From Lachnospiraceae bacterium (GTDB taxonomy: Bacteria; Bacillota; Clostridia; Lachnospirales; Lachnospiraceae): a stretch of 56,593 nucleotides of DNA. Location of the stretch: contig JAFYWD010000169.1 in the NCBI GenBank assembly GCA_017558205.1, forward strand, positions 1 to 56,593, in the 5' to 3' direction. Every line of letters starts with the position of its first letter. Positions within the stretch are counted from its first letter, which is position 1. Made by a program: the position numbers and the translations under genes. Under the pieces are notes generated by a model. It was not told where the DNA came from and searched no databases. It worked only from the letters and a program-made list of their open reading frames with translations. Below are positions 56,570 to 56,593 of this stretch, piece by piece.

Positions 56570-56593
56570 CTCCAACATCAAAAATATTATCCA

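Larger units (their letters stand above)
50761..56593. mobile_element. skin-like intervening / integrative element inserted in sigK (left junction about 50769-50785; right end beyond the window)
   Basis: Truncated sigK abuts a large serine recombinase gene. TnpV is adjacent. Cargo genes are unrelated to their neighbours. Sampled 60-nt lines show higher G+C inside than outside. Confidence 0.75.

Noticed and set aside
1-56593. CRISPR arrays, tRNA, rRNA, IS elements with terminal inverted repeats
   Set aside because: None was recognised by eye. I saw no regularly spaced direct repeats, no tRNA T-arm (GGTTCGAATCC-like) motif outside coding sequence, and no transposase ORFs other than the serine recombinase. 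A proper tRNAscan, CRISPR-finder or Rfam run is still advisable.

Overview
56.6-kb chromosomal window from a low-GC Firmicute. Gene content looks Clostridia/Lachnospiraceae-like, flagellated and from a spore-forming lineage; this taxonomy is an inference. About 50 kb is densely packed, mostly minus-strand core genome. From left to right it holds: flgC'/flgB, codY, topA, an acyltransferase-3 membrane protein, a RumA-type rRNA methyltransferase, pcrA, a YdjI-like SPFH/zinc-ribbon protein, an orphan NMT1/THI5-type binding lipoprotein, an OmpR/HK/PepSY module, DUF1836, a YerC/TrpR-like protein, thyA-folA, a beta-CASP MBL hydrolase, an ABC exporter, a membrane-anchored trigger-factor-like PPIase, and a four-gene operon (Zn-phospholipase-C-like, MFS, a TetM/EF-G-like GTPase fused to a YacP/Rae1 NYN RNase domain, RsmF-like methyltransferase). 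It continues with an MCP, a YesN/YesM/solute-binding three-component sensor next to a ribose-type (CUT2) sugar ABC transporter, C_GCAxxG, an S8 subtilase, an M18 aminopeptidase, DUF2156, dprA, comM/yifB, ydcF, a 690-bp structured non-coding gap, and PPi-dependent phosphofructokinase. At about 50.77 kb composition changes abruptly. Only the 3' half of the sporulation sigma factor gene sigK is present. It abuts a large serine recombinase gene that opens a skin-like intervening/mobile element carrying TnpV, PadR, DUF2812 and three unknown proteins, and the element runs off the right edge. The two most interesting items are the split sigK with its element and the GTPase-NYN fusion protein. No rRNA, tRNA or CRISPR array was recognised by eye. 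All coordinates of small motifs were hand-indexed and may be off by 1-2 nt.
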